Positions 1-9,316 are shown, counted from the stretch's first letter. The stretch: 64,000 nt of DNA from an uncultured candidatus Porisulfidus sp. (GCA_965204575.1 OZ241993.1:576001-640000), one strand, 5' to 3'. Notes: generated by a model not told the origin, from the letters alone. Translations and numbers: made by a program.

Positions 1-20
1 TTTGGGTCTACAATGGGGGC

Positions 21-443
21 ATGGAAACTGGCACGCACCCTGGTCTCAACGCTGACGAGGCGGCGACTCTGCTGCGCGCACACGGCATCACTCCAACCTC
101 CCAACGCGTCGCCATCGGCACGGTCCTGTTCGCCTGTCAGCAGCACATGGCGGCATCAGAGTTGTTTCGCCGGGTGCAGGCGAGCGACACCTCGATTTCC
201 CGCAGCACGGTCTACAACACGCTGGAGCTGTTTGTCGGGAAGGGATTGCTCCAGGAGTTGAATTTCAGTGACCGCTCGCGCATTTACGACACCAATCTGG
301 CGCCGCATCACCACCTGTACCACGTCGATTCCGGAAAGATCGAAGATCTGGATCTCTCCCGGATCAAGGTGAAGGTGCCGGATGAGGTCTTGGGGGATTC
401 CAGCCTGGTGGGCGTGGATGTGACCCTGCGGGTCGCTGGCTGA
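21..443 (+). CDS. Fur-family transcriptional regulator (Irr/PerR-like)
   Basis: TPTSQR..., ISRSTVYNTLELF winged helix, YDTNLAPHHHL motif; no CxxC pairs. Confidence 0.9.
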   Translation: METGTHPGLNADEAATLLRAHGITPTSQRVAIGTVLFACQQHMAASELFRRVQASDTSISRSTVYNTLELFVGKGLLQELNFSDRSRIYDTNLAPHHHLYHVDSGKIEDLDLSRIKVKVPDEVLGDSSLVGVDVTLRVAG

Positions 444-527
444 TTTTCCTTTCGCTTGATGCGGCGGACTTGAAGCCCGCAATCCAGAATCTGTCGGCCG
501 CAGGCCGCTCAAATCCCCAACACGGAC

Positions 528-1046
528 ATGTCCCGGAAATACGTTCCCGGCGTCTGGGTCGAGGTGCACGACAAAATGCAGTCGGATTACCGCTACCTGC
601 TGGAAGCGCGGGTGGGGCGGGACTTCGCGTCGGATTTCAATCCGTGTTTCACTCCCAAGGAAATGCTGGCGCACGGCGTGTTCGAGGGGAAGTACCTGAA
701 CGATTGCCGTGCAGAATTCCCCGCCAGTTGGTACCGCGGCGCGAAACTGAGCGAGGAACCGGACCCCTCGGTCAACTGTTTCGGCGTCAAGTCCCGGCAA
801 TCATTGCAGGTGTGGCAGAAAAAGGGATGGATTCGCGGCGACGACCCGCGCGGCTGGTTCCAGTGGTACTGCCGCTATTACCTGGGCCGGCGCGACCCGG
901 TGGTGGATGCGATCCAGATCCGCAGGTGGAAAGGAATCGCGCGCCACGCGGCGCAGATCCGGAAGAATTGCAATCCGGGCGACCTTGCTTGCCGCCCGCG
1001 CCAGCGGCAGGCGTTGTTGCAATGGGCCTGGCCGCCATTCGAGTGA
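528..1046 (+). CDS. conserved hypothetical protein (FTPKEML..GVFEGKY / DPRGWFQWYCRYYLGRR family)
   Basis: clean 172-aa ORF with host-like codon usage; Trp/Arg/Cys-rich conserved-looking blocks. Confidence 0.8.
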   Translation: MSRKYVPGVWVEVHDKMQSDYRYLLEARVGRDFASDFNPCFTPKEMLAHGVFEGKYLNDCRAEFPASWYRGAKLSEEPDPSVNCFGVKSRQSLQVWQKKGWIRGDDPRGWFQWYCRYYLGRRDPVVDAIQIRRWKGIARHAAQIRKNCNPGDLACRPRQRQALLQWAWPPFE

Positions 1047-1080
1047 TGGGCGACTCAGTTAAAATGGGTAACGGCGCGGT

Positions 1081-1156
1081 GCCGGTGTAGCTCAGTCGGT
1101 AGAGCAACTGTTTCGTAATCAGTAGGTCGGGGGTTCAATTCCTCTCGCCGGCACCA
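1081..1156 (+). tRNA. tRNA-Thr(CGT)
   Basis: cloverleaf GCCGGTG..CGCCGGC-A-CCA, anticodon loop TT-CGT-AA, T-loop TTCAATT. Confidence 0.95.
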
Positions 1157-1229
1157 CCCGCGTCACCCCGCCCGGAGGGGTTTTGGAGATAGAGGATAAT
1201 AGCGGCTCCAAAAACCAACGAAAGTACCC

Positions 1230-1826
1230 ATGCTCTTGCCAAGAAAAGGAAAGTCGCAGTTCGTTGCGGCACTGGCCGCGCTGCTGCTTTCAGGAGATCT
1301 GCTGATGGCTGCGAACGACGATGCCCCCCAAGTCCGGATGGAAACCTCGTCCGGAACCCTCGTGATTGAACTGGACGCGAAGAACGCGCCGGAGACGACC
1401 AAGAACTTCCTGATCTACGTCGATGACGGCTTCTACAACGGGACGATCTTCCACCGCGTGATCAAGGGATTCATGATTCAGGGCGGTGGATACGACCGGG
1501 ATTTCAAACAAAGACCGACCCTGCCGCCGATTCAAAACGAGGCGGACAATGGCCTGAAGAACGAGCGGGGCACCATCGCCATGGCCCGCACCGGCGATCC
1601 GCATTCGGCCACTGCGCAGTTTTTCATCAACTCGGTCGACAATGACTTTCTGGATCACCAGGAAAAGAGTCCCCAAGGCTGGGGTTATGCCGTGTTCGGC
1701 AAGGTGGTCGAAGGACTCGAAGTGATCGATGCCATCAGCGGGGTGGCGACCGGCAGGCACGGTCCGCATAGTGACGTCCCCCAGAGCCAGATCCTGATTC
1801 TGAAGGCCGAACGCGTCGAAGACTAA
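1230..1826 (+). CDS. ppiA: cyclophilin-type peptidyl-prolyl cis-trans isomerase, probably periplasmic
   Basis: [31 protein letters not shown]; hydrophobic N-terminal signal. Confidence 0.92.
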   Translation: MLLPRKGKSQFVAALAALLLSGDLLMAANDDAPQVRMETSSGTLVIELDAKNAPETTKNFLIYVDDGFYNGTIFHRVIKGFMIQGGGYDRDFKQRPTLPPIQNEADNGLKNERGTIAMARTGDPHSATAQFFINSVDNDFLDHQEKSPQGWGYAVFGKVVEGLEVIDAISGVATGRHGPHSDVPQSQILILKAERVED

Positions 1827-1832
1827 TCCGAT

Positions 1833-2843
1833 ATGGACACCTGCGTGGTGGGAGGGGGCATCATCGGTGCGCTCACCGCGCACGCGCTGGCGCAGAAAGG
1901 ATTCGACGTCCGGGTGCTGGATGCCGGCAGGCCTGGCGCCGCTACGCCGGTTTCGGCCGGAATCCTGTTTTCCATTTTCGATCCGACGAGCGATAGCGTT
2001 TGGGCGAACCTCGCGCGTCATGGCCATGCCGCCTATCCGAAATTGTGTGCGGGTATTGAATCGGAAACGGGATTCGAACGGCGCGGGTTGCTCATTGTCG
2101 GCATGGAAGCGAAACAAGCCGAGCAGTGGGCAAGAACCAACAAACTGGATTGTGAAATCTTGTCTCCTGGCGAGTGCCACAGGCGATTTCCGCAGTTGGC
2201 AGTCCCCGAACACGATGTCGCCCTGATGCCGGAGGTGGCCCAGATCGATCCGCCTCGGTTCATGGAAGCGTTCCGCTCCAGGCTTCAGGATGACGGAGTA
2301 TGTTGGGAATCTGCCCGGGTTTCCGGGATCTTGCAGGACGGAGATCGGGTCCGGGGCGTGAGCAATGGCGAGCAGGAATGGCAGGCTGAGCAAGTGGTGA
2401 TTGCGGCAGGCGCCTGGAGCACGGAACTCCAACAGGCCACAGGATCAGAACCGCTGATTCGCCCGCGCCGAGGACAGATCATCGCCTGGCGGTCGGTCGA
2501 TGCGGGGAACCTGCCGGTCATTTTGGATGGCCACCGGTATCTGGTAGTGCGGGAGAGCGGCGAGGTGCTGGCAGGGGCGACCAACGAGGATGTAGGATTT
2601 GATGCGGGTGTTACCGCGCAGGCAAAGGCAGAACTGACGGACTTTGCTCGGCGCTGGTGTCCGGACTTGCTGGCGGCGGAGCCGGACACGCAAAGGGCAG
2701 GCCTGCGCCCGGAAGGAAAAGCTTCTGGGCCGAGGATCGGCGCACATGGCAAGATTCAGGGGCTGTTTTTCAATACCGGGCACTACCGGCACGGGATTGT
2801 TTGCGCGCCAGGCGCTGCGGCGCAACTCGCCGAGAACTTCTGA
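1833..2843 (+). CDS. thiO: FAD-dependent glycine oxidase-like (ThiO/DAO family) oxidoreductase
   Basis: GGGIIG FAD motif, IRPRRGQ, AGLRP, GHYRHG. Confidence 0.75.
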   Translation: MDTCVVGGGIIGALTAHALAQKGFDVRVLDAGRPGAATPVSAGILFSIFDPTSDSVWANLARHGHAAYPKLCAGIESETGFERRGLLIVGMEAKQAEQWARTNKLDCEILSPGECHRRFPQLAVPEHDVALMPEVAQIDPPRFMEAFRSRLQDDGVCWESARVSGILQDGDRVRGVSNGEQEWQAEQVVIAAGAWSTELQQATGSEPLIRPRRGQIIAWRSVDAGNLPVILDGHRYLVVRESGEVLAGATNEDVGFDAGVTAQAKAELTDFARRWCPDLLAAEPDTQRAGLRPEGKASGPRIGAHGKIQGLFFNTGHYRHGIVCAPGAAAQLAENF

Positions 2844-2947
2844 TCACAAAGCTCGCGGCTTCCGTTGAACGCAAATCCCCTATAATTCGTATTTCATTTT
2901 TCCGATTCCCCGATTTTCCCCTGCCACAGGCTTACAGGAGAAACCCG

Positions 2948-3580
2948 ATGGCTTTGTCACAAGAAGAACTCGACGCAATCATGGAGCGGAAGGGCAAGAT
3001 GCGCCGCGAGGCGTACGATCGTCGTGCCGCCCAGGAAAACAAGGACGAAATCAGTGCCCAGGCGGTCGCGCGCCTGATGGCCCTGCAGGAGTACCAGGAC
3101 GCGAATACCGTCATGTGGTACATCGACTGCCGTTCCGAAACCCGAACCAAGCCCGAACTGCTCGAAGAAGTGGCCAAGGGCGAGAAGAAGATCGTCGTGC
3201 CGTACTGCACGGTAGACGAAAAAGGCGACAACAAGCTCGGCCTTTGGCACATGGAAAGCCTGGAGGAGATGGTGGTCGGCAAGTGGAACATCCTCGAGCC
3301 GCCCAAGGAGATGTGGGGCAACCCGGACAAGGAGCCGCCGGCGGAAGAACTGGACATGGTGATGGTTCCCGGTGTCGGGTTCGACCGCACCGGGGGGCGC
3401 ATGGGCAACGGCCAGGGGTACTACGACCGCCTGCTTGAGCGGGTCCGCCCGGATTGCTCGCTGGTGGCGCTGTGCTACGAGTCGCAGCTATTCGACGAGA
3501 TTCTGGTCGCCCCGCACGACGTGTACATGGATTACGTGGTGACCGAAGACGCGGTGTACAAGGGCCGCGGGCGGGACTGA
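2948..3580 (+). CDS. 5-formyltetrahydrofolate cyclo-ligase
   Basis: MVPGVGFDRTGGRMGNGQGYYDR signature; RBS AGGAG before ATG 2948. Confidence 0.93.
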   Translation: MALSQEELDAIMERKGKMRREAYDRRAAQENKDEISAQAVARLMALQEYQDANTVMWYIDCRSETRTKPELLEEVAKGEKKIVVPYCTVDEKGDNKLGLWHMESLEEMVVGKWNILEPPKEMWGNPDKEPPAEELDMVMVPGVGFDRTGGRMGNGQGYYDRLLERVRPDCSLVALCYESQLFDEILVAPHDVYMDYVVTEDAVYKGRGRD

Positions 3581-3583
3581 GCC

Positions 3584-4510
3584 ATGCCGGCCCAGATAGA
3601 CGACACTTACGCGGAGGCGTTCCGCAGCCTTTACACTGAGTTCCTGATCACGGCCCGGGACCAAACCTGGGTCAAGCACGCGGTGGATGCCGCGGTCGGG
3701 AATGCCGCCAGCACCATCCTGTGTGACTGCGAGGCCGGCCTGGATCGTTTCGTCGGACCGGGCGGGGACGAATCCTTCGAGACCCCGGACGGTCGTCCGG
3801 GCGCCATCGTGCAACTGCATGTCCCGCGTTTCTGGAAGGATCGGGTGGAGAAGCTGGAGCGGGCCGCGCTGGTCCGGATCAGCCAGAACGTGCTGACCTG
3901 TCCGACGGCGTCCTGCTTCAACCTCCTGGACACCGAGGAGTACTACCAGATGGGACGGAAGGTGGCCTATTTCGGCAATGGCAAGCAACGCCGCATCGAG
4001 CGCTTCGGCCGAAAGATGTGGTGGGTGCCGATCCTGGGCGGCGAGTTCGTGCTGGACCGCCGGCTGGGCTATGCCGACGGCTTGATGGGCGGCAACCTGT
4101 GGTTCTTCGGCAGCGATGCCGATTCCGCGCTTGAGGCCGCCATGAAGGGGGCCGAAGAGATCGCGAAGAGTCCGGGGGTGGTGATGTGCTTTCCGGGCGG
4201 GATCGCGGGATCCGGCTCCAAGCCCGGCAGCAACTACGAATTCTCGATTGCCAGCACCTACGAGAAATACTGCCCCCTGCTGCAGGACGACCCGGAAGTC
4301 GAACAGGGCCTCCCCGAAGGCGTCAACTCGGTCATGGAGATCATCATCAACGGACGCAACCTGGAGACTATCATCCAGGCCACTCACGCGGCCATCGAGG
4401 CCTCCAAGGACACCGAGGGCCTGATCATGATCTCGGCCGGCAACTATGGCGGCCGTCTCGGCAAGAACCTGATCTATCTCGATCCGGACAAGCAGCCTCC
4501 CGTTGAGTGA
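3584..4510 (+). CDS. fhcD: formylmethanofuran:tetrahydromethanopterin formyltransferase (Ftr/FhcD family)
   Basis: IDDTYAEAF, ETPDGRPG, QNVLTCPT, GGNLWF, SGSKPGS, ISAGNYGGRLG motifs. Confidence 0.92.
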   Translation: MPAQIDDTYAEAFRSLYTEFLITARDQTWVKHAVDAAVGNAASTILCDCEAGLDRFVGPGGDESFETPDGRPGAIVQLHVPRFWKDRVEKLERAALVRISQNVLTCPTASCFNLLDTEEYYQMGRKVAYFGNGKQRRIERFGRKMWWVPILGGEFVLDRRLGYADGLMGGNLWFFGSDADSALEAAMKGAEEIAKSPGVVMCFPGGIAGSGSKPGSNYEFSIASTYEKYCPLLQDDPEVEQGLPEGVNSVMEIIINGRNLETIIQATHAAIEASKDTEGLIMISAGNYGGRLGKNLIYLDPDKQPPVE

Positions 4511-5366
4511 GCCCGGCCAGCTGATCGATGGCAATGCGTTGGCGCGCGAAATCCGCGCGCGATTGGCCGAACACCTGGACTCCGCTGCACCGGTAACCCT
4601 GGCGACCGTGCTGGTCGGCGAGGATCCGGCCAGCCAGCTGTACATCTCCCGCAAGATCAAGGAAGCCGGCGAAGTCGGCATTATTTCCCGGCACCAGACG
4701 CTGCCGGCGGACATCGCGCAGGACGACCTCGTCGAGGCGATCCGTATCCTGGCGCACGATGCTTCCGTGCACGGAATCCTGGTGCAGATGCCACTGCCGT
4801 CGGTGCTGGATGCCGCCGAGGTGCTGGCCGCCATCCCTCCGGAGAAAGACGTGGACGGCCTGACGGAAACCAACCTGGGCCGGCTCGCGGCCGGGCTTCC
4901 CGGGCTTCGCCCGTGCACGCCGTTCGGCGTGATGGAACTGCTTCGGCACTACCGGATCACGACTTCCGGGGCAAGCGCGCTGGTGATCGGGCGCTCCCGG
5001 CTGGTGGGCATCCCGATGGCCCTGATGTTGGCCGAGAAGGGGGTGGATGCGACCGTAAGCGTGGCGCACTCGCGAACCCGGGACCTGCAGCAGCTCGCCC
5101 GCGAGTCGGACATCCTGGTGGCGGCGACCGGCAGTCCCGGGATGGTCACGGCGGATTTCGTCAAGCCGGGCGCGGCGGTGTTCGACGTCGGGGTCAGCCG
5201 CGTGGACGGCAAGATTCAGGGTGACGTGTGTTTCGAGGAAGTGCGGGAGGTCGCGGGGTTCGTGACGCCGATGCCCGGCGGTACCGGGCCGATGACGGTG
5301 GCCTGCCTGTTGCTCAACACGGTGCGGGCGGCGGCGATGCAGGGCGTGGTTGCGCCTCTGCCGTAG
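4503..5366 (+). CDS. folD: bifunctional methylene-THF dehydrogenase / methenyl-THF cyclohydrolase
   Basis: HGILVQMPLP, KDVDG, PCTP, IGRSRLVG, TPMPGGTGPMTV; TTG start overlaps ftr end. Confidence 0.95.
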   Translation: MSEPGQLIDGNALAREIRARLAEHLDSAAPVTLATVLVGEDPASQLYISRKIKEAGEVGIISRHQTLPADIAQDDLVEAIRILAHDASVHGILVQMPLPSVLDAAEVLAAIPPEKDVDGLTETNLGRLAAGLPGLRPCTPFGVMELLRHYRITTSGASALVIGRSRLVGIPMALMLAEKGVDATVSVAHSRTRDLQQLARESDILVAATGSPGMVTADFVKPGAAVFDVGVSRVDGKIQGDVCFEEVREVAGFVTPMPGGTGPMTVACLLLNTVRAAAMQGVVAPLP

Positions 5367-5414
5367 CCGCATCTATGGTGTGGGCATCTAAAAATCCGGA
5401 TTCGATGTTCCGGG

Positions 5415-5648
5415 TCATAGGAGCGGATTACCCTTGGCCTTGTGAAAGCCTTCGGCGAAGCCCTCCTTCCATTCCTCGAACAGGACTCTGGCCCGGTTCT
5501 CGGCCCTCAGGTAGAGTTCCTCCGTGAGGTCTTCATCCGCCTGAGAGTAACCCGCGCTGTATGCTTCCTCCAGGAGTTCCATCGATTTGGCGGGTTCCTG
5601 CTCCAGCGTTTCTGCGAGACGGTCCAGAAGGCGAGATTTGTAGCCCAT
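5415..5648 (-). CDS. small acidic hypothetical protein
   Basis: 77-aa helical-looking ORF co-oriented just downstream of vapC. Confidence 0.5.
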   Translation of the reverse strand: MGYKSRLLDRLAETLEQEPAKSMELLEEAYSAGYSQADEDLTEELYLRAENRARVLFEEWKEGFAEGFHKAKGNPLL

Positions 5649-5687
5649 GGTTGTTTTCCGGTAATGAACCTAAAAGATTGCGCCGAT

Positions 5688-6128
5688 TCAACCTGCATCC
5701 CAGGGATTGATGATCTCGACCCCCAGGGCTTCAAAATCCCTCGCGTCCCGGGTGACCAGCGCAAAGTCGTTCGCTACGGCCGTCCCTGCGATCAGGGCGT
5801 CGCTTACTGCGAGTGGATGACCTGAGCGTTTCGCTTTGGCCCGGAGAAGAGCCGCCGCCTCCATCTCTTCTTCCCCGATTGGCAGTATGCGGCCCTTGAA
5901 CAGGTCCATGAGGAAACTGATCTGGATTTTCAGGGTATCTTGGCGGTGCCCTTGCGGGAGAAGATGAACGCCATATTCCAACTCGCCGCACACGACGACG
6001 GATGTCCAGAATTTTTTCCGATCGGCCAGAAAGGCGACAACCGAAGCGGCCGGGTCGTGTTTCGTGAATTCGGAAAACACGTTGGTGTCGAGAAGGAAAC
6101 CAGACACGTCACTCCGTCGCGTAATCAA
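5688..6128 (-). CDS. vapC: PIN-domain (VapC) toxin
   Basis: LLDTNVFSE, ELEYG, DALIAGTA, LVTRD..DF; real start may be slightly downstream. Confidence 0.92.
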   Translation of the reverse strand: MITRRSDVSGFLLDTNVFSEFTKHDPAASVVAFLADRKKFWTSVVVCGELEYGVHLLPQGHRQDTLKIQISFLMDLFKGRILPIGEEEMEAAALLRAKAKRSGHPLAVSDALIAGTAVANDFALVTRDARDFEALGVEIINPWDAG

Positions 6129-6426
6129 TGAATGGAATGGGGCGCTCCCTCTCCTCTTTCCTTGAAGGAATTTCCAGGCCGTCCTTGGGCAGGTCTTCCG
6201 GATTGGGCCTGAACTTCATGATCATCTCGCCAAGCGACATGCCTGAAGTCTCTGTGGCTTTCCAGGCTTCCCGCGGCATGATGACGAAGGTCTTTTTCAC
6301 CCCGACCTGCTGCGGTCCTTCTTCTTCGGCCAGCCGCAGGATCTCGGACAGGCGGGCCTTGGCCTCGGCGATTGGCCAGACTTTCTCGGACAGTTCAGCG
6401 GCAGGATTTTTCATGGTTCTCTCCAT
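6109..6426 (-). CDS. Phd/YefM-family antitoxin
   Basis: WPIAEAKARLSEILRLAEEEGPQ; overlaps vapC start. Confidence 0.85.
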   Translation of the reverse strand: MERTMKNPAAELSEKVWPIAEAKARLSEILRLAEEEGPQQVGVKKTFVIMPREAWKATETSGMSLGEMIMKFRPNPEDLPKDGLEIPSRKEERERPIPFIDYATE

Positions 6427-6431
6427 AAAAA

Positions 6432-6449
6432 CTAGTCTAATCTAGTCTA
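6432..6449. promoter_or_regulatory. putative TA autoregulatory operator
   Basis: tandem CTAGTCTA repeats (6432-6439, 6442-6449) just upstream of the antitoxin start. Confidence 0.55.
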
Positions 6450-6502
6450 TCATATTTTCCTCGATGTATGGCTTCATTCAGTCGGAATTGCACGATGCCG
6501 GG

Positions 6503-6511
6503 TGCTATACT
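6503..6511 (+). promoter_or_regulatory. extended -10 promoter for tRNA-Glu
   Basis: TG-c-TATACT ending 14 nt upstream of the tRNA. Confidence 0.5.
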
Positions 6512-6525
6512 GAAAAAACAGCTTC

Positions 6526-6600
6526 GCTCCCTTCGTCTAGCGGTCAGGACATCGCCCTCTCAAGGCGGGAACAGGGGTTCGATTCCCCTAGGGAGCGCCA
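6526..6600 (+). tRNA. tRNA-Glu(CTC)
   Basis: GCTCCCT..AGGGAGC-G-CCA acceptor stem, anticodon loop CT-CTC-AA, T-loop GTTCGATTC. Confidence 0.95.
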
Positions 6601-6813
6601 TCGCCTGTTTTTCCCGCCCCAAGGTGCCGGGATCTTCTTCCCGAAATTTCAGCCACTGGGTTTTTCATCGGCAAAGGCATTGATGCCGGGGTCGGGCCTG
6701 AGCGAGGCCCAGATGCATAGAGCGTACAGGTCGAGGAATGGTGTTAGAATTTCGGCCAGTTCCTGATGGGAGGTGCAGAATCGTGAATGGTCGTTCCATC
6801 TCTGGGCGGTTCC

Positions 6814-6849
6814 TGCCGCAATATTGCGGCATTAATACCCCCCCCCCCC
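6814..6849. repeat. 18-bp perfect palindrome followed by a C12 homopolymer
   Basis: TGCCGCAATATTGCGGCA (6814-6831) and 12 C (6838-6849). Confidence 0.85.
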
Positions 6850-6871
6850 TCTTTCTGAAGGCTCGCACTCG

Positions 6872-9316
6872 ATGTGTGCTGAAGAAACAACGTTTGGCCT
6901 AGCGTCCAGATTTTTCAGATTCTTTCAGGCCGCCGCCATGCTTCTGGCTGCCGCCATTCTTGTCTCGGCCTGTGGAGGCGGAGGCGGGGGCGGTGTTGGA
7001 GGCGGCACCGAAGACACTCGCATGCCTCCTCCCGAGGATCCTCCCCCTGCAGACAATATGGCCGGGGCTCCCACTGATGAGCCCCCTCCTGATGACCCCT
7101 CTCAACAACCTGCGCAACCCGGTTTCCAAGCCCGGGCGCAGGCGATTGCCAGCCAGTACCACAGCAACAGAGAGTTCTCCAACCAGTGGGGTTTGGGCCG
7201 GACCCGGGCCGACCGGGCGTACGCGCATCTGGAACTCGCGCTCGGTTCCGGCTTCAGCGCGGGGAAGGGAGTGACCATCGGGGTCGTCGACACGGGCATT
7301 GACCTCAGCCATCCGTCCTTTGTCACCAACGCCAGTGATCCGGACAAGGACAGGACAATTACCCGACAACTCCTGCCCGGTGCGTCAATTGAAGACGGAA
7401 GCAAGTCTTCGCATGGCACGGCGGTTGCAGGCGTCGCTGCCGGAGGCCGGAATACCGGTTTTTCTCAAGCGGCTCATGGGGTTGCCTGGAACGCCAACCT
7501 TGCAGTCTTCGCCGTTTCGCTGGGGTCTGGAGACGGCACTTACCGTCCCGTGGACTTGTCCGGCTTCGCGCAGCAGCAGGAGGACGACCTGAACCGGTGG
7601 TTCAGCACACCTCTTTCCTGGCGTGGGTCGGGCGGGGAACGCATTGACATCCTGAATTTGAGTTTGGGCATCACTGGGATCATCGAGAGCTACAGCGAGT
7701 CAGCCCTCCGCACCGCTCTTGGCGATGTTATTCAAACCATGGCCCAGGCAGGGGCGTCGGAGAAGACCATCCTGGTTTGGGCGGCCGGCAATAGCCATGG
7801 CGATACGTGTTTGCCCGGTTCGACTGCTGCCGAATGCAGGCAGGGGACAGTCAGTGCGACTTCCCCTTCGATCCTTCCGGGGCTGCCGGCGAAGATCAGC
7901 GAATTGCGGGGCCATGTCGTCGCCGTCGTGTCGGTTGGCGAGAGTGGGGCGATCTCGGGTTTCTCGAACCGCTGCGGAATTGCGGCCGACTGGTGCCTTG
8001 CCGCCCCCGGGGATAACATATTGACCTCCTACTTTGGTCCCAGAAGCGATAACGATCCCACGGTGATACGGGGTTATGGCAGATTCAGAGGCACATCTTT
8101 CGCCGCACCGATGGTGTCGGGCGGACTCGCGTTGATGAAGCAGCTCTTCCGCGGGCAATTGTCGAACACGGCCCTGCTTTCCCGGCTTTTCGCGACGGCC
8201 GACAAGAGCGGCAGGTACGCCAACCGGAGCATTTATGGCCAAGGCCTGATGGACCTTGGCGCCGCAACGACCCCCCGTGGGCAAACCACCGTGGCGATTG
8301 GCAATAGAGTCGGAGGCCCCGGCGGGAATCTGCAAACGTCCAACATCGTGCTCGGCCGCGCGTTTGGCGACGGGCTGACGCAATCTTTCGCGGGCAGGGA
8401 GATCGCGGCATTCGATTCACTGGGGGCGCCGTTCTGGTTTGATCTTGGCAACTTCGCGACTCCCGTGCGTACCCCCTCGTTGGCGAGACGACTCAAGAAC
8501 TTTATGGCGCGGACGCCGGAAGCGCCAGGAACCGAGGCTCGACGGACTTCTTTTTTCGCGGGGACAGGAAAAGCGAGACCTGGCCGCTGGCGGCTTGGCT
8601 TGCTGGAGACTCCGGCAGGGGTTCGGGGAGGGCACCTCGGGCTTGCCGGACATGCGAATACTTTCACCTACGAAGGGTGGAAAGATCTGACGGCCACGGC
8701 GTTTTCGACGGAAGGCTTTCGGCAGGCTCCGACATCGGGGGCGGTTCTGTCCTGGCGACCACCCGAAGCCTGGGCCAGCCTGCGTGCCGGCTGGATGATG
8801 GAACGGAAAAGCTTGCTTGGAAGTACGGCAAAAGGGGCTTTCGGCAGCCTGTCTTCCGATTCCGCGTTCATCGGATTCAATGCGGACACTTGGGTTGACG
8901 GGTGGCACCTTGGCGCGAACGCTGAGGTGGGGCTCGCCACCGTAAAACCGCGCAACGGGTTAATTGCGGACGTCTCCCCCGTTGCCACGGGCGCGTTCGC
9001 GGTTCGCGCGACCCGGCCGTTCTCCGGCGATAGGCTGTTGCAGTTTTCCGTGTCGCAGCCGTTGCGGGTCGAGCAGGGCCGCGCCACGCTGTCCGTACCT
9101 GTTGGCCGCACCAAGGATGGCGATGTCTTGCGCCGGTCGGTCGCGGCGGACATTACCCCGACAGGCCGGCAGATCGATGTCACGGCGCACTGGCACCAGC
9201 CGTTGACTACGATGGGTGAATTGCGCTTGGGCGCGGCTTGGACCCGCGATCCGGGACACAGCGCGACGGAAAGTTCGGACCTGTCCTTCATGGTGGGTTG
9301 GCGTTCTCCTTTCTAA
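6872..9316 (+). CDS. S8 subtilisin-family serine peptidase, lipoprotein with C-terminal beta-rich (autotransporter-like) domain
   Basis: lipobox LVSA-C + poly-Gly/Pro linker; VVDTG, HGTAVAG, AAGN, GTSFAAP; terminal Phe; start may be ATG 6938. Confidence 0.9.
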   Translation: MCAEETTFGLASRFFRFFQAAAMLLAAAILVSACGGGGGGGVGGGTEDTRMPPPEDPPPADNMAGAPTDEPPPDDPSQQPAQPGFQARAQAIASQYHSNREFSNQWGLGRTRADRAYAHLELALGSGFSAGKGVTIGVVDTGIDLSHPSFVTNASDPDKDRTITRQLLPGASIEDGSKSSHGTAVAGVAAGGRNTGFSQAAHGVAWNANLAVFAVSLGSGDGTYRPVDLSGFAQQQEDDLNRWFSTPLSWRGSGGERIDILNLSLGITGIIESYSESALRTALGDVIQTMAQAGASEKTILVWAAGNSHGDTCLPGSTAAECRQGTVSATSPSILPGLPAKISELRGHVVAVVSVGESGAISGFSNRCGIAADWCLAAPGDNILTSYFGPRSDNDPTVIRGYGRFRGTSFAAPMVSGGLALMKQLFRGQLSNTALLSRLFATADKSGRYANRSIYGQGLMDLGAATTPRGQTTVAIGNRVGGPGGNLQTSNIVLGRAFGDGLTQSFAGREIAAFDSLGAPFWFDLGNFATPVRTPSLARRLKNFMARTPEAPGTEARRTSFFAGTGKARPGRWRLGLLETPAGVRGGHLGLAGHANTFTYEGWKDLTATAFSTEGFRQAPTSGAVLSWRPPEAWASLRAGWMMERKSLLGSTAKGAFGSLSSDSAFIGFNADTWVDGWHLGANAEVGLATVKPRNGLIADVSPVATGAFAVRATRPFSGDRLLQFSVSQPLRVEQGRATLSVPVGRTKDGDVLRRSVAADITPTGRQIDVTAHWHQPLTTMGELRLGAAWTRDPGHSATESSDLSFMVGWRSPF

